This document shows, piece by piece, positions 27,732 to 39,081 of a stretch of DNA of 64,000 nucleotides. The notes beneath the pieces were generated by a model, which worked only from the letters and a program-made list of their open reading frames with translations, did no database searches and was not told the origin of the DNA. Origin of the DNA: an uncultured candidate division Zixibacteria bacterium (GTDB taxonomy: Bacteria; Zixibacteria; MSB-5A5; GN15; FEB-12); contig CAVTJJ010000004.1 in NCBI GenBank assembly GCA_963735035.1, positions 928,001-992,000 of the forward strand. Reading direction: 5' to 3'. Positions within the stretch are counted from its first letter, which is position 1; each line of letters begins with the position of its first letter. Both the position numbers and the translations under genes were made by a program.

Positions 27732-29196
27732 ATGTCAGATGTTGTTCCCGATCCGCTGGCGTCGCCGAGCGAGGGGCTGTGGGGTCAACTCCAATCCATG
27801 AGTCGGCCGTTCTGGATGGTCAACATCATGGAGATGTTGGAACGCCTGGCCTACTACGGCGTCCGAGTCGTCATCCCGATCTACATCGCTCAGGCTGACG
27901 AAATCAACGGTTTGCATTTCTCCCAGGCCGACAAAGGGACCATCTTCTTCTGGTGGGCCATCTTTCAGTCGTTGACGCCGATGCTGTCAGGTGGCTTCGC
28001 CGACCGTTACGGCTATAAACGAACCATTGCGACATCGATCTTCATCAAGATGCTCGGCTACATTTTGATGGCGACTCAGCGCGAGTTCTGGCCGTTCCTG
28101 ATCGGCTGTTGTGTTCTGGCGCTCGGTACCGCAATCTTCAAGCCGGGAGTACAGGGGACCATGTGCCAGTCTCTGACCAAGAAGAACTCATCGGTCGGTT
28201 GGGGCACGTTCTATATGGTGGTAAATATCGGCGGTTTCCTTGGCCCGCCGCTGGCGCATTACCTGTATGGCTTCTCGTGGCCGACAGTATTCTACGGTTG
28301 TGCCGGGATCGTATCGCTCAACTTCCTGATGCTGCTGACCTATAAGGATCCTTCCACAGGTGGCGTCCAGAAGGGCGATCCATTTCATGTCTTTTGGATC
28401 ACACTGAAGGAATTTTTCAATCTCCGCCTGATCATCTTCATTGTCATCATGTCGGGCTTCTGGCTGATGTTCATGCAGCTCTTTGACCTGCTGCCGAATT
28501 TTATCGTCGATTGGGTCAATAGCTCGCGGGTTGTGAGTGACCTTGGGATTCCGGACTGGATGCTCCAGCTCAATTCGCCCCGAGCGCCTCAGATTTCACA
28601 GGAGTGGATGATCAATATCAACTCCGGTCTGATCGTTTGTGCGGTTGTGCTGGTCTCATTCATGGTTTCCCGGATGCGGCGCGTGATGTCGATCTTCATG
28701 GGCATTACGGTGTCTTCGGTCGGTCTGGCGCTGGCGGGGTTCTCGACTTCGGGGTATCTGTGTCTGGGCGGCATCATGTTCTTTTCGATCGGCGAAATGC
28801 TGGCTTCGCCCAAGATGAGTGAGTATCTCGGAGTTATTGCACCGGAAGGGAAGAAGGGGCTGTACATGGGATACGCCAACATCCCCAACGGGATCGGCTG
28901 GGCGCTCGGTTCGATCTATGCCGGTAATGTGTACGAGGAGTTCGGCGAGAAAGCGAGCCTGGCGGTCAAGTATCTGGATGCGAACTATCATATGGCCGGA
29001 GTGGATCGTACCGTCGCGATGAACAAGCTCATGGAAGTGACCGGCCTGAACGCCCAGCAGGCGACCGATCTGCTTGTGGAATACTTATCATCCCTACGAG
29101 CTATGGTATCGTTTCGCGGCAATTGGCATAGCCGCGGCCGTGGGGATATTCTTCTACGCGCGATGGGTGCGCAAGTTCGAAGCGGCCGACGTATAG
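27732..29196 (+). CDS. MFS transporter (POT/peptide-transporter-like) with an apparent +1 frameshift near 29074
   Basis: EMLERLAYYG motif, GGFADRYGYKR, FYMVVNIGG, GEMLASP. The last helix LWNTYHPYELWYRFAAIGIAAAVGIFFYARW...DV* lies in the +1 frame and ends at TAG 29194-29196. Confidence 0.85.
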
Positions 29197-29220
29197 ACAG
29201 TCATTCGAATTAGATGCCGT

Positions 29221-29266
29221 AGAGCCGAGCGTCGCCCGAAAGTGGCGGCGCTCGGTTTCTGTTTCT
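29221..29266 (+). terminator. Hairpin after the MFS gene, probable terminator
   Basis: AGAGCCGAGCGTCGCC-CGAAAGT-GGCGGCGCTCGGTTTCT followed by GTTTCT. Confidence 0.6.
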
Positions 29267-29289
29267 GTGCGGACCCCACCAGATAACTC

Positions 29290-29319
29290 TTGACATTGCA
29301 CCTCCCACCTTGCCATACT
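29290..29319 (+). promoter_or_regulatory. Sigma70-type promoter
   Basis: TTGACA-18 nt-CATACT with an extended TG. Confidence 0.5.
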
Positions 29320-29562
29320 ACCTTTGAAAGCAGTATAGATTATCGCGGGAATGCGACCCTTTGAGGGGAATCGCCTGTGGAAACGCACAAATCCGGGACG
29401 GTACAAAAGACGAGCCTTGCTCTGAGGCCCGGTGTACAACCAATATATGGGAGGTATAATGAAAGATCGCAGCAAGATAGCTTTCGGCAATGCACTGAAA
29501 TGTGTGGGTAACGCGCACGGCAGGCCGATGGTAAACACAATTCTGGAGACGGGAGGTCAGAA

Positions 29563-30621
29563 GTGAGAAGATCCGTTATTGGTGTATTACTCACTTTTGT
29601 ATTCGCGGCGGCAACGACAGTCGCCTCAGGCTACGAAGTTACCAAAGTAATTGAGATCGGTCCGGCTGTGCCTCTCTTGACTGGGGGTGCGCTCAAGTGG
29701 AGCCCCGACGGTACCATGCTGGCGTATTTCGCGAACAACTACCTGATGGTCTCAGACACGCTGGGGAATAGCCGCCAGGTGGTTGGCACAGAAGGACTTA
29801 CTCCCATGCGCGCCGAATGGGCGTCAAACAATGAGTTTGCGGTGAATCTGGCGAATCGTGAGGACACCGACTCGATGCTGTATCGTCTTGTCGTATATGA
29901 CATCGTGAGTGGCTCTCAGAGGTTGGTGCGGGAATGTTGGAGGACACGATGGAGCCTGCTTCCTGGCCACAGCGGCTTTGATGGCCCCTATGTCACGATG
30001 GAGGGTAACGCCTATTATGAGGAAGTCGTGATTTCCGGACTTGAGGAAGGAGAACTCAAGGAGAAGCTCAAGAGCACGGTTGTTAACAAAACCAAGACTC
30101 CTTTGTCATCGGCCAAGGGGATCTCAGAGGTGCTGGCAAGTAATCACCTACAGGTCTGGGGGAAGGATGGCCTTTACTCTGTGAATTGGGCTGGCGCAGA
30201 TTCGACGCAGCTTTCTTCCGAGGACGCTAGCGGTGCGCTCAAGGTTGGTATCACAGCGTCACCAGACCGCACTTGGATCTTCAGACGCGGCCGCCTCATG
30301 AACAGAATTACGCACGATACAATTGATGTTAGACAATTTACAGGAAGTGTGCCGGCGGGCACCGATTTGTGTGGATACAGCCGGATAAGCTTCAATCCGC
30401 GTTCTGAAGAGATTCTCTTTCAGCACTATTGTGAAAGTGGAGATACTCTTGTGATCGACAGGATTGCCACTTTCGATTATTCCAGCAAAGTGTTTGCTTT
30501 GCTTGATACTCTGACAGGCATCGAAGGAGGTACGTCTCCGGTTTATGCACCGGATGGGCGGATGATTTCCTTCTGTGCCCGTGGCAAGGCTTATATCATC
30601 TGGCGTGGGGTGACGCCATGA
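29563..30621 (+). CDS. Secreted TolB-like/PD40 beta-propeller protein
   Basis: RBS GGGAGG and GTG start; signal peptide; WSPDG..LAY and [12 protein letters not shown] repeats. Confidence 0.7.
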   Translation: MRRSVIGVLLTFVFAAATTVASGYEVTKVIEIGPAVPLLTGGALKWSPDGTMLAYFANNYLMVSDTLGNSRQVVGTEGLTPMRAEWASNNEFAVNLANREDTDSMLYRLVVYDIVSGSQRLVRECWRTRWSLLPGHSGFDGPYVTMEGNAYYEEVVISGLEEGELKEKLKSTVVNKTKTPLSSAKGISEVLASNHLQVWGKDGLYSVNWAGADSTQLSSEDASGALKVGITASPDRTWIFRRGRLMNRITHDTIDVRQFTGSVPAGTDLCGYSRISFNPRSEEILFQHYCESGDTLVIDRIATFDYSSKVFALLDTLTGIEGGTSPVYAPDGRMISFCARGKAYIIWRGVTP

Positions 30622-33041
30622 AACAAATAGCAATATTTGGTGGCATATGTCTACTTATGCTATTCCTTGGCGTGTCTGAATCTCGTGGGGATTTTTCCGG
30701 GCCTTGGGTCATGTTTGATCCGGGACACGGAGGCGATGCTCCAGGGAGCCTCACGCCCATTGACAATTACTTCGAAAAACACATAAATCTCGAAGTGGCC
30801 GACTCTTTGATAGCGTGGCTAGATCGGTTTGGTTGGAAGGATACTTTGCACTATGTCTTCACGAGATACAGCGATTCCACGGTCTCGAATTCCGATAGGG
30901 CGGAGAGGGCGGATGACCTCGATGTTGGCAGGTTCGTTTCAATTCATCACAATTCTGCGGACACATGCCCACCAACTCAACGTACCGAAACGTTGTATTC
31001 AACACTCAGCAACTGTGACAACGGCTCCTATGCCGGTCATGTACGTGACACAAGCGAAACCTTAGCTCTAAAGCTCGGTTATCGTATCAGGGACGATGCC
31101 TTTAGATACCACCTTCATGATCCCACTAATACCGGTGCCGCGCACACTGTTCTCAGCAGGACCTTTATGGAATCGGCGATCACTGAAGCCTCCTATACCT
31201 GTGATGCTGAGGAAGCAGGCAAATTCCATAACAATTATGACCTGCACGTTGACAAAGAAGCCGTCGCAATCTATAATGGTTGGTACAGCACTCACATTGG
31301 GCAAGGCTTGGGAGTTGTTGAGTATGCGTATCTCGATCGCTTACCTATCGACTCCTTGGATTGCGATCAGCACGTGCAGATTACAATAGGAACTAATGGT
31401 GACCCCATTGATTTACGCCCCCCGTACGAAGGGTGCTGGGCTCAGGAAGAGAACATACGCCTCTTTGCATACCCGTTTGTCAAAGACGGATATCAGTACT
31501 ACTTTCATCATTGGGAATGGGTTGATTGGGAGACGCGGGATGTCTATGAGATCGCCAGCTACAATCCGTATGACTTCCTTGTGTTTCCGGATTGGAACAG
31601 CGTGCACTACTATCGTGCCGTATTCACCGGAGGTCGGTTTACAGGTCAGTTTGTCACCCCTTGGATTACTCCCACAGCGATTCAGAACAATAATCCATAT
31701 CTGATTCAGTGGAACATAGGAGAGGGCGTGCTAAACACCTGTTCCCTTTATGTTGATTTCAGTTCCAACGGCGGTTCGTCATGGTCCACAATACTGGGTC
31801 CCGTGCCCTACGACTATGGCTATGCGAGAAGCGCCCAATCCGTTGATGCTGCGAACCCCGAGGATAGGGCCGGAAGATACTTGTGGAATGTCCCTGCGAT
31901 CCAGTCTGACAATTGCTATCTGCGTATTCGGGCGAGTGACTACGTTGATAATCAGACAACATTCCAGTCAAACAAGTTTTCGATTGCGTCCTGCCTGCTG
32001 GCTACCGGCTGGCTTGGATGGACGAAGCTGGCCTCGCCGGCAAGAACTTACACATTTAGCGCAAACCCTGCACCGGGAATCCCTATCACAAGTCGCACGT
32101 TCATTTTTGGTGATGGTACTACTTTGAACTCGACTAGTAACCAGGTGAATCACACCTATGTCCATGGTGGGAGGTTTGAACCGTCCTTAACCATAACCAA
32201 CGGTTGCGGCACGTACACGTGTGAGTCAACGGATCTGCTCTATGTTGATTGTGGATATGTCACCCCGGACGCCGACGGTGACGGAGTTGCAAACGACTGT
32301 GACCGATGTCCCACGGTATCAGACCCCTTGCATCTCGATATCGACAATGATTATGTGGGCGACGTGTGCGACAATTGCCCTGCCTTGAGCAACTGGGATC
32401 AGCTCGACAGCGATGGTGACGGCAAAGGTGATGTCTGCGACAATTGCCCGACGGTTTCTAACAGCAGTCAGACTGATACTGACGGCGATGGTATCGGCGA
32501 CGCATGTGACAACTGTCCATCGGCCTATAATGCCAACCAACTGGATACGGACCATGACGGCAAAGGGAATTTGTGTGACAATTGCCCAACCGTTTACAAT
32601 CCGAACCAACTCGACAGCGACGGTGACGGCATAGGTGATGCCTGCGACAACTGTCCCACCGTGAGCAACGCCAATCAAGCAAACAGCGACGGCGATGCTC
32701 TTGGCAACGCCTGTGACAACTGCCCGCAGGACACGAACGCGAATCAGGCTGATTTCAATAGTGATGGTATCGGTGACGCCTGCTGCTGTGTCGGCAGGGT
32801 AGGCGATGTCAACGGGATTGGAGGAGATGAGCCGACAATAGGTGACGTGCAGCTACTGATAGATGTCCTATTCGTTAGTTATACTTGTGAGGGATTGATA
32901 GGCTGTTTCGCCGAGGCTGATATCAATCAATCCGGCGGTGCCTCACCGTCCTGCGTCGATCTTTCTATATCAGACATATCCGTTCTTATCGATTATGTCC
33001 TTATCACCGGGCCGTCAGCAATCCTGCCGAACTGTCAGTAA
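30618..33041 (+). CDS. Secreted N-acetylmuramoyl-L-alanine amidase (Amidase_3) with Ig/PKD, thrombospondin type-3 repeats and a dockerin-like tail
   Basis: DPGHGG, EKHINL, SIHHN and ITEA Zn/catalytic motifs; FGDG...HTY...G.F...LT PKD; about 8 DxDxDGxGDxCDNCP repeats; dockerin-like duplication; ATGA overlap with the upstream gene. Confidence 0.88.
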   Translation: MKQIAIFGGICLLMLFLGVSESRGDFSGPWVMFDPGHGGDAPGSLTPIDNYFEKHINLEVADSLIAWLDRFGWKDTLHYVFTRYSDSTVSNSDRAERADDLDVGRFVSIHHNSADTCPPTQRTETLYSTLSNCDNGSYAGHVRDTSETLALKLGYRIRDDAFRYHLHDPTNTGAAHTVLSRTFMESAITEASYTCDAEEAGKFHNNYDLHVDKEAVAIYNGWYSTHIGQGLGVVEYAYLDRLPIDSLDCDQHVQITIGTNGDPIDLRPPYEGCWAQEENIRLFAYPFVKDGYQYYFHHWEWVDWETRDVYEIASYNPYDFLVFPDWNSVHYYRAVFTGGRFTGQFVTPWITPTAIQNNNPYLIQWNIGEGVLNTCSLYVDFSSNGGSSWSTILGPVPYDYGYARSAQSVDAANPEDRAGRYLWNVPAIQSDNCYLRIRASDYVDNQTTFQSNKFSIASCLLATGWLGWTKLASPARTYTFSANPAPGIPITSRTFIFGDGTTLNSTSNQVNHTYVHGGRFEPSLTITNGCGTYTCESTDLLYVDCGYVTPDADGDGVANDCDRCPTVSDPLHLDIDNDYVGDVCDNCPALSNWDQLDSDGDGKGDVCDNCPTVSNSSQTDTDGDGIGDACDNCPSAYNANQLDTDHDGKGNLCDNCPTVYNPNQLDSDGDGIGDACDNCPTVSNANQANSDGDALGNACDNCPQDTNANQADFNSDGIGDACCCVGRVGDVNGIGGDEPTIGDVQLLIDVLFVSYTCEGLIGCFAEADINQSGGASPSCVDLSISDISVLIDYVLITGPSAILPNCQ

Positions 33042-33253
33042 TCTCCTCTTGAACTCCCAGGGGGCCGGTTCTTCACCAGTCCCCTTCCCGTCGAATTCGG
33101 ACTTAATTAAGCCTGATTTTCTTCACGCTTAGTCAATGAACCCCTCCAAATCCGGCGATTTCTGCCGAAATAGTCCTTATCAGGCAGGCCTTGGCCTGGC
33201 CCGCGTGGCACGAGTGTATCAGCCCGGGTCGGCCCCTGCCGGGATGGCTCAAA

Positions 33254-34597
33254 ATGCGTCTGGACCAAATCATCATAAACCGCCGTCTCGCGACCGAGGA
33301 ACAGGTCTGCGAAGCTCTCGACTATCAAAAAGAGTACGGGGGCCGCCTGGAAACCCACTTGTTTCGGATGGGGTATGTCGACGAACCGGGGCTAGTCGAG
33401 GCTCTTGCCGAGCAGTTCGCTTGCCCGAAAGTGGTCCTCAAAGGTCTGGACGTTCCGCCCGAAGTGCTTCAAATGCTGCCTGCCGAGACCGCGTGGACCC
33501 GGCTGGCGTTGCCGTTTGCTTTTGATTCTTCAACCCAGACGCTCAAAATTGCCTGTGAAAGTTCCCGGCGTACCGGTTTGCAGGAAGACCTGGAAGCGGC
33601 TTGTCCCGGATCGAAAATCGAGCTGCATATCGCCCTGGGCGTGGTCCTGCAGATGGCCCTGGTGAAGTACTACCGGGAAGTCCCCAGGATAGTGGAAAAC
33701 GCACCGACAGATATTCCATCGGCGATGGATGCGGTCTCGGTGCCTATCGAATGGATGGTCTCCTATTCCGCCAAATGCGAAATCCTGGTGTACGAAGAAG
33801 AGGGGAGTGGCGCTCCGGCGATGGGCCCACTGCTGCGCCATCAGGGATTCATCGTTGGCATCGTGCACACGGCGGATGAACTTGCGACAGCGGTGCGAAA
33901 ATCCGAACCGGATGCTATTCTGTTCATCATGCCGGACGGACCGGAGAGTGTGGACAACCTTCTGGCGCAGTTATCCGACCGAGCCATCTCTATTCTGGAA
34001 TTCCCCAGCTATCTGGTAATTGCCTCCGTCGAAGATTCCGAAATTGGCGGACTTCTCCAACTCGGGTTCGAGGAAGTGATCCGCGTCCAGAACGTGCTCG
34101 ACCTGCTGATGATAAAGCTCAAGCGGCTGAAAGAACGCTTGGTCAGTCAGCGCAACCAGCGGCAGGAAATCCTTCAGGCTATGGGCACGCACGGCTCATT
34201 GCAAGACATGCACGTTGTTGATCTGCTTCAGGCCATGGGGACTATCGGCAAGACGGCCCGCATCAGCGTGACCGCTGTCGGCAAGCAGTTGACGATCTAT
34301 CTGGATCGCGGACGAATCATCTACGCCGACTGTGACGACGTTGCCGGACCGGAGGCGGTCTACGGAGCGATTGGCTGGAATCAAGGCGTCTGGAATGTCG
34401 ATCCTATCCAGCCGGAAGAACTACCCGCACCGAACATCTTTATCTCCAGCGAAGGAATCCTGCTTGAAGGGTGCCGTCGCATGGATGAAAAGACGCGCCC
34501 AGACGGTGTTAAATCCCAGGACGATTCCGGAGCCTTGCTCCTATTCGAAGCCCTCGATCGCGCTTCAAATCACGCACCTGACGCACTACCTGAATAG
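33254..34597 (+). CDS. MshEN/T2SSE_N, degenerate receiver and DUF4388 (PATAN-like) domain protein
   Basis: MRLDQII...EALDYQ...GRLETHL...LVEALAEQ; REC-like ILVYEEE...PDAILF; HGSLQDMHVVDLLQ...IYLDRGRIIYA...GPEAVY...W..G...LLEG.R..DE. Confidence 0.8.
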   Translation: MRLDQIIINRRLATEEQVCEALDYQKEYGGRLETHLFRMGYVDEPGLVEALAEQFACPKVVLKGLDVPPEVLQMLPAETAWTRLALPFAFDSSTQTLKIACESSRRTGLQEDLEAACPGSKIELHIALGVVLQMALVKYYREVPRIVENAPTDIPSAMDAVSVPIEWMVSYSAKCEILVYEEEGSGAPAMGPLLRHQGFIVGIVHTADELATAVRKSEPDAILFIMPDGPESVDNLLAQLSDRAISILEFPSYLVIASVEDSEIGGLLQLGFEEVIRVQNVLDLLMIKLKRLKERLVSQRNQRQEILQAMGTHGSLQDMHVVDLLQAMGTIGKTARISVTAVGKQLTIYLDRGRIIYADCDDVAGPEAVYGAIGWNQGVWNVDPIQPEELPAPNIFISSEGILLEGCRRMDEKTRPDGVKSQDDSGALLLFEALDRASNHAPDALPE

Positions 34598-36257
34598 GGG
34601 AGGGTGCTGCCGATGAAAATCGGTAGCCTGCTGGTATTTCCACGCAACCGCCAGCAGAGTGCCTTCGTCGAATAATCTCCCGATAAATGTCAGACTGACT
34701 GGCGAACCCTCGGCATTGAATCCATTCGGCACCACTACACAGGGATGACCGGTCAGATTGGTCAGCAGCAGGTTGTCGCCTTCGAAAGCGGGTGCCAGGT
34801 ACAAATCGACGCTGTCCATAATCTCTCGCCATGTCAGCAATCACCATCGATCTCAGCCGATTGGCCTGGATGTACTCAACCGCCGGAATGAATCGGGCAC
34901 TACGAAATACATTGGGCCATGAATCACGGGTCTGACGAGTCATGAGGCTGTCCCGACCGGTGCGCGTGAGGTCGTCGAACGCGGCGGCCGCTTCCGCCGA
35001 CAGGATTATCGACATAGGGTAGATCGGCAAACTCGGCACTTGTATCTCTATCAGGTTCGCGCCCATCTTTCGAAGGCGATTCAGTGCAAACTGATTTTGC
35101 ACCGTCAGACTGGTGTCGTTATCAAAATCCGACTTGAGATAACCAATGCGGAGCTTCTTGAAGTCTGCTTTGGAATCATAGTTGAAGGGGAGACGCACGG
35201 TTGACGGATCCTGTGGATCGGGTCCGTAAATGGCGTTGAATACCAGCGCACAATCTTCGACGGTTCGGCAGATCGGGCCAAGTTTGTCCATGGACCAGCT
35301 CAGGGCCATCGCTCCGGCACGACTGACTCGGCCGAAAGTCGGACGGAGGCCCGTGACGCCGCAGCGTGTGGACGGTGAGACTATCGATCCCCAGGTTTCC
35401 GAGCCAATGGAGAACGGCAAGAGCCCGGCAGATACCGCCGACGCCGGTCCGGCCGATGAACCGCTCGAGCCTTCTTCCAGATTCCATGGGTTACGCGTCG
35501 TATCACCGTACCAAACATCCCCCCAGGCCAGTTCACCCAGCGACAGCTTGGCTACAAGAACCGCGCCCGCATCCTGCAAGCGGGTAATTACGGCGGCATC
35601 CTTGTCGAATGTCTGATTCTTGTATGGTGTCGATCCCCAGGTGGTAGGGTATCCCTTGACAGCTAATAGGTCCTTCGCTCCATACGGAATCCCGTGGAGC
35701 GGTCCGCGATAGTTGCCGGCCGCAATTTCGCTGTCGGCCTTTGCCGCCTGACGCAAGGCCAGGTCTTCAGTCAGTGTGATTACACAATGAAGCTGGCCGT
35801 CAAACTTCTTGAGACGCTCCAGTGCCAAATTGGTAAGCTGCATCGAGGTCACCTGGCGCGTGCGGATCAATTCAGATAGCTCGCGCACCGTGAAGTAGGC
35901 GAGGTCTCCCAGGTTGGCAGGAAGTTTCACGTCCGGCGCGGGACCGAACTGAACCGGGCGCTGGACCGTATCAAATACGGTTCCAGGTGGAATCGGATCG
36001 AATACCAGGGCGGGCGCAACAGAATTGGCGATGCTTACCTGTCGCATCGAAGTATAGCAAGACAGGTTGTCTTCCAAGTCAGGCAGGAGGGAGTCTCGCT
36101 CGGAAGGGGTCAGTTTGATCCCGATCAGTTTCTCCGCGTCGGCTACGTTTCGATTTTCGATTTTGACGCTGTCGGAATCCGCACCGAGAATTGTTTCTCC
36201 CAATCCGATCACTAATCCGACAGTAACAATTATGCTGAGATTCTTGAGTAGACCCAT
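34586..36257 (-). CDS. Secreted amidase-signature family amidase with an apparent +1 frameshift near 34826
   Basis: GPLHGIPYGAKD, GSSGSSAGPA, GSETWGSIVSP motifs. The conserved-looking end (IMDSVDLYLAP...NLTGHP.VVVP...LFDEG.LLA...YQ.AT.FH..HP) is in another frame and ends at 34586. Confidence 0.88.
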
Positions 36258-36318
36258 TGTACATCCTTTCCCTGATCAGGGGCGTTCGTACGAGCTATTT
36301 GCAAGAGTCCCATTCCCC

Positions 36319-36490
36319 GTCATTGCGAGCGTAGATGGCCCGACGCAAGGCGGGTCATCGTAGTGCGGCAATCTCAAGAACGTGGGCGGCACACTGCCTG
36401 CCCTCGACTTGATCGGGGGCCCCGTGTGTCCCTCACGGAATTGAGATCGCCACGTCTCGCCCGCGAAGCGCGGTCGAGACTCGCGATGAC
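36319..36490. repeat. Palindromic interspersed repeat, GTCATTGCGAG...CTCGCGATGAC family, copy 1
   Basis: Terminal IR plus internal GGCAATCTC/GAGATCGCC; the 50 nt at 36441-36490 match 46371-46420 at 49/50. Confidence 0.8.
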
Positions 36491-36680
36491 AGATACAAGG
36501 GTTTCTTCAACGCCCCGTACTCAGGAAGTATAGCGTGTTCAACGCTTTTGGGCCAGCGTTCACACATCACGAACAGTTCGTAGATAATTGCCTGACCGGT
36601 GAGAGATCCCAGAAAGTCAGACCCAGAGCGGGCTTTTAGTCTGCCCGGGGGGCTTATGGAAGCTTTCTTACGGTGCCCGC

Positions 36681-37373
36681 TCAGCCTTCAGAAATTGTCA
36701 GTCTGAAGCCAACACCGTGAATGGCGGAGATTTCTATACGTGGGTCTTCCTTGAGATACTTGCGCAATTTCGACACGAACACGTCCATGCTGCGGGCGTT
36801 GAAGTAGCTCTCTTCGCCCCAGATTTCACGAAGGGCCAGATTGCGGTCAAGTGTCTTGCCCAGGTGGGTGCACAGCAGCCTGAGTAGTTCGGCTTCCTTG
36901 GGAGTCAACCGCCGATCTTCAGGGCCAAACCGAAGCACGCGCACTACCGAATCAAATGAGTATCGTCCGATGTCGAATTTTGTCCGAGTGTCATCGGCAG
37001 TTGTTCCACCTGATCGGCGCAACACCGCCTGTATCCGCAGCAGGAGTTCCTCGACCGAAAACGGTTTGGTGATGTAATCATCGCAACCGATGCGGAAGCC
37101 TTCGATCTTGTCTTCCTTGAGCGACTTCGCTGTCAGGAATATGAGTGGCATCTCGCGATTCCGCCGTCGTACCTCACGCGCGAACGAGAAGCCGTCCATC
37201 TTGGGCATCATCACGTCCACCAAACAGAGTCGATAATGCTCGCGAGCAAATCTGGCCAACCCGGCCTCACCGTTGGGGCATAGATCGACCTCAAAGCCGT
37301 TCATTTGTAGATGTTCTTGCACGATGAGCCCCAGGTTGGGGTCGTCTTCAAGTAGTAGTACCCGCTGTGTCAA
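36681..37373 (-). CDS. OmpR/PhoB-family response regulator
   Basis: LLEDD, DVMMPKMDG, FLTA, DDYITKPF; winged helix (RSMDVFVSKLRKYL...HGVGF). Confidence 0.95.
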   Translation of the reverse strand: MTQRVLLLEDDPNLGLIVQEHLQMNGFEVDLCPNGEAGLARFAREHYRLCLVDVMMPKMDGFSFAREVRRRNREMPLIFLTAKSLKEDKIEGFRIGCDDYITKPFSVEELLLRIQAVLRRSGGTTADDTRTKFDIGRYSFDSVVRVLRFGPEDRRLTPKEAELLRLLCTHLGKTLDRNLALREIWGEESYFNARSMDVFVSKLRKYLKEDPRIEISAIHGVGFRLTISEG

Positions 37374-39058
37374 GAAATCACCTCGTCAGGTTTGTTTCCA
37401 TTTTCGCAGGATGGAAACCATAAGATCATTCTCGTTCCTTTGCTCGGTTCCGATTCGACACTGATACGACCGTTATGGGCTTTGACCATCAGGGCTACGT
37501 AACTCAGGCCGAGGCCGAAGCCCTTCACTTCGTGGATATTGCCGCGCTGAACCCGATAGTATTTGTCAAAGATTCGACGGCGCTCCTCGGGTTTGAGTCC
37601 GAGTCCGTGATCGGCCACGATGATGCGAATGCCGCCGTCCTGATCCTTGGTTGTCACTTCGATAATCGGCGGTTCCGGAGAATACTTGTTGGCGTTGTCG
37701 AGCAGGTTGAAGATCACGCCGCTCAGGTGAAGTTCATCCGCCGCTGCGACCGGATGGCTACAATTGAGGTCACAACTGATTCGACCACCCCGATGCTCGA
37801 CTTGCAGTCTGACGCTTTCGACAGCATTCTTGATTACGTCGTGAACGTTGACCGGCATCATCTGGAGCGCCCCACGCTGCTCTTCCAGAGCCGCCATTTG
37901 CAGGATCTTCTCCGTCTGATTCCGCATACGTCGGTTCTCGTCATGTATCATGGAAGCGAAACGCTTGACCCGCTGGGAATCGGCTATGACATCGGGGCGA
38001 AGTATCGCTTCGCACGCCAGTGCCACCGTGGATATCGGGGTTTTGAATTCGTGGGTCATGTTGTTGACGAACTCAACCATCTGGCGCGCGGCGCGTCTTT
38101 GTCCGAGGATAGTCTTTACGGCGTACCCGAAACCGGACACTATGACCACCATGAACAGTACGGTGGCTGCGAGCATCGGACCGATCTGTCGAAACAGGAA
38201 TGAGGCCCGATCCGGGAAATACAGTAGAAGTTCATGAGACGCCGACATGAAGTCGTTGGGAAAGAGGCGCGTTCTAAATTCAGTACGCGACAGCTCGGCG
38301 TCCAGCCCTGAACGACTCAACATGCTAAGAACTGGTTCACCTTCGGTTGCGACAGCGTAAACTGGTTCGAGAGTTATCCCGTACTGGCTGAGTGCCTGGT
38401 GGACTACCGAATCGAGCTGGGCCGGCCTTAGCCGGGTTTCTATCGGAACGCGTTCCCCTGTCGCCAGCCTCTCGATGACTCTCTGGATGACATCCACCCG
38501 GCCAGAGTCGTCCGCAGTCTGTCCAAGACCTATGGTTTTCGGCCATGGAAGGCTCGGCATCCGCTCCACGGTCGTATCTGATAATACTTTTATCATTAGC
38601 GTTGCCGGTGCACCTCCGGGGAGAAGGCACTTGCCGCTCGAATCGACAAGCGTCGACTCGTCAAAGCTGAGTGAATCACAGTACGTTCGGAAATTTGAAT
38701 GGGCGCCATCGCTCGTTCCGGGACGGATCACGCCAATGGCAAAATGGTCTGATGAATCCCGTTGGATAGTATCGAACGATACGCCGCCCGAATCACTGCT
38801 GTGCTGTAACGTGAACTCATAGTTGCTGCCGACGACGTGCAGAGTCGCAGTGACAGTCTCGGCCGTTTCAAGACTGCGTGACACTTCGGAGAGAGCCGCT
38901 TGCACGTTTTGGCGGAAGGATTGTTCTTTCAGGGCGAGGGCGCTTCTCAGCAGCGACGCCTGCAGACAGACCAGGCCGCCCAGTGCTACTATCATCACCG
39001 TAATGATGATCCAGACCATTCTTCTCGATAGACCCATAACCGCTTTAGTATACGACAT
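37370..39058 (-). CDS. Membrane sensor histidine kinase
   Basis: Two TM helices around a periplasmic domain; NNMTHEFKTP H-box; NLLDNA.KY, DHGLG, IFDKYYR and GFGLGL boxes. Confidence 0.95.
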   Translation of the reverse strand: MSYTKAVMGLSRRMVWIIITVMIVALGGLVCLQASLLRSALALKEQSFRQNVQAALSEVSRSLETAETVTATLHVVGSNYEFTLQHSSDSGGVSFDTIQRDSSDHFAIGVIRPGTSDGAHSNFRTYCDSLSFDESTLVDSSGKCLLPGGAPATLMIKVLSDTTVERMPSLPWPKTIGLGQTADDSGRVDVIQRVIERLATGERVPIETRLRPAQLDSVVHQALSQYGITLEPVYAVATEGEPVLSMLSRSGLDAELSRTEFRTRLFPNDFMSASHELLLYFPDRASFLFRQIGPMLAATVLFMVVIVSGFGYAVKTILGQRRAARQMVEFVNNMTHEFKTPISTVALACEAILRPDVIADSQRVKRFASMIHDENRRMRNQTEKILQMAALEEQRGALQMMPVNVHDVIKNAVESVRLQVEHRGGRISCDLNCSHPVAAADELHLSGVIFNLLDNANKYSPEPPIIEVTTKDQDGGIRIIVADHGLGLKPEERRRIFDKYYRVQRGNIHEVKGFGLGLSYVALMVKAHNGRISVESEPSKGTRMILWFPSCENGNKPDEVIS

Positions 39059-39081
39059 TGATCATAGTTTCTGCACCCCTT

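Noticed and set aside
29340..29440. c-di-GMP-I riboswitch
   Set aside because: Only scattered GGAAAC and GGGACG words are present; the paired P1/P2 architecture and GCAAAG context are missing.
32260..32790. Tandem DNA repeat (also 45440-45790)
   Set aside because: These encode thrombospondin type-3 protein repeats with degenerate codons and are explained by the CDS.
36279..36516. MITE bounded by GGGGCGTT/AACGCCCC
   Set aside because: Only an 8-bp IR and no target duplication were seen, which is too weak to call.
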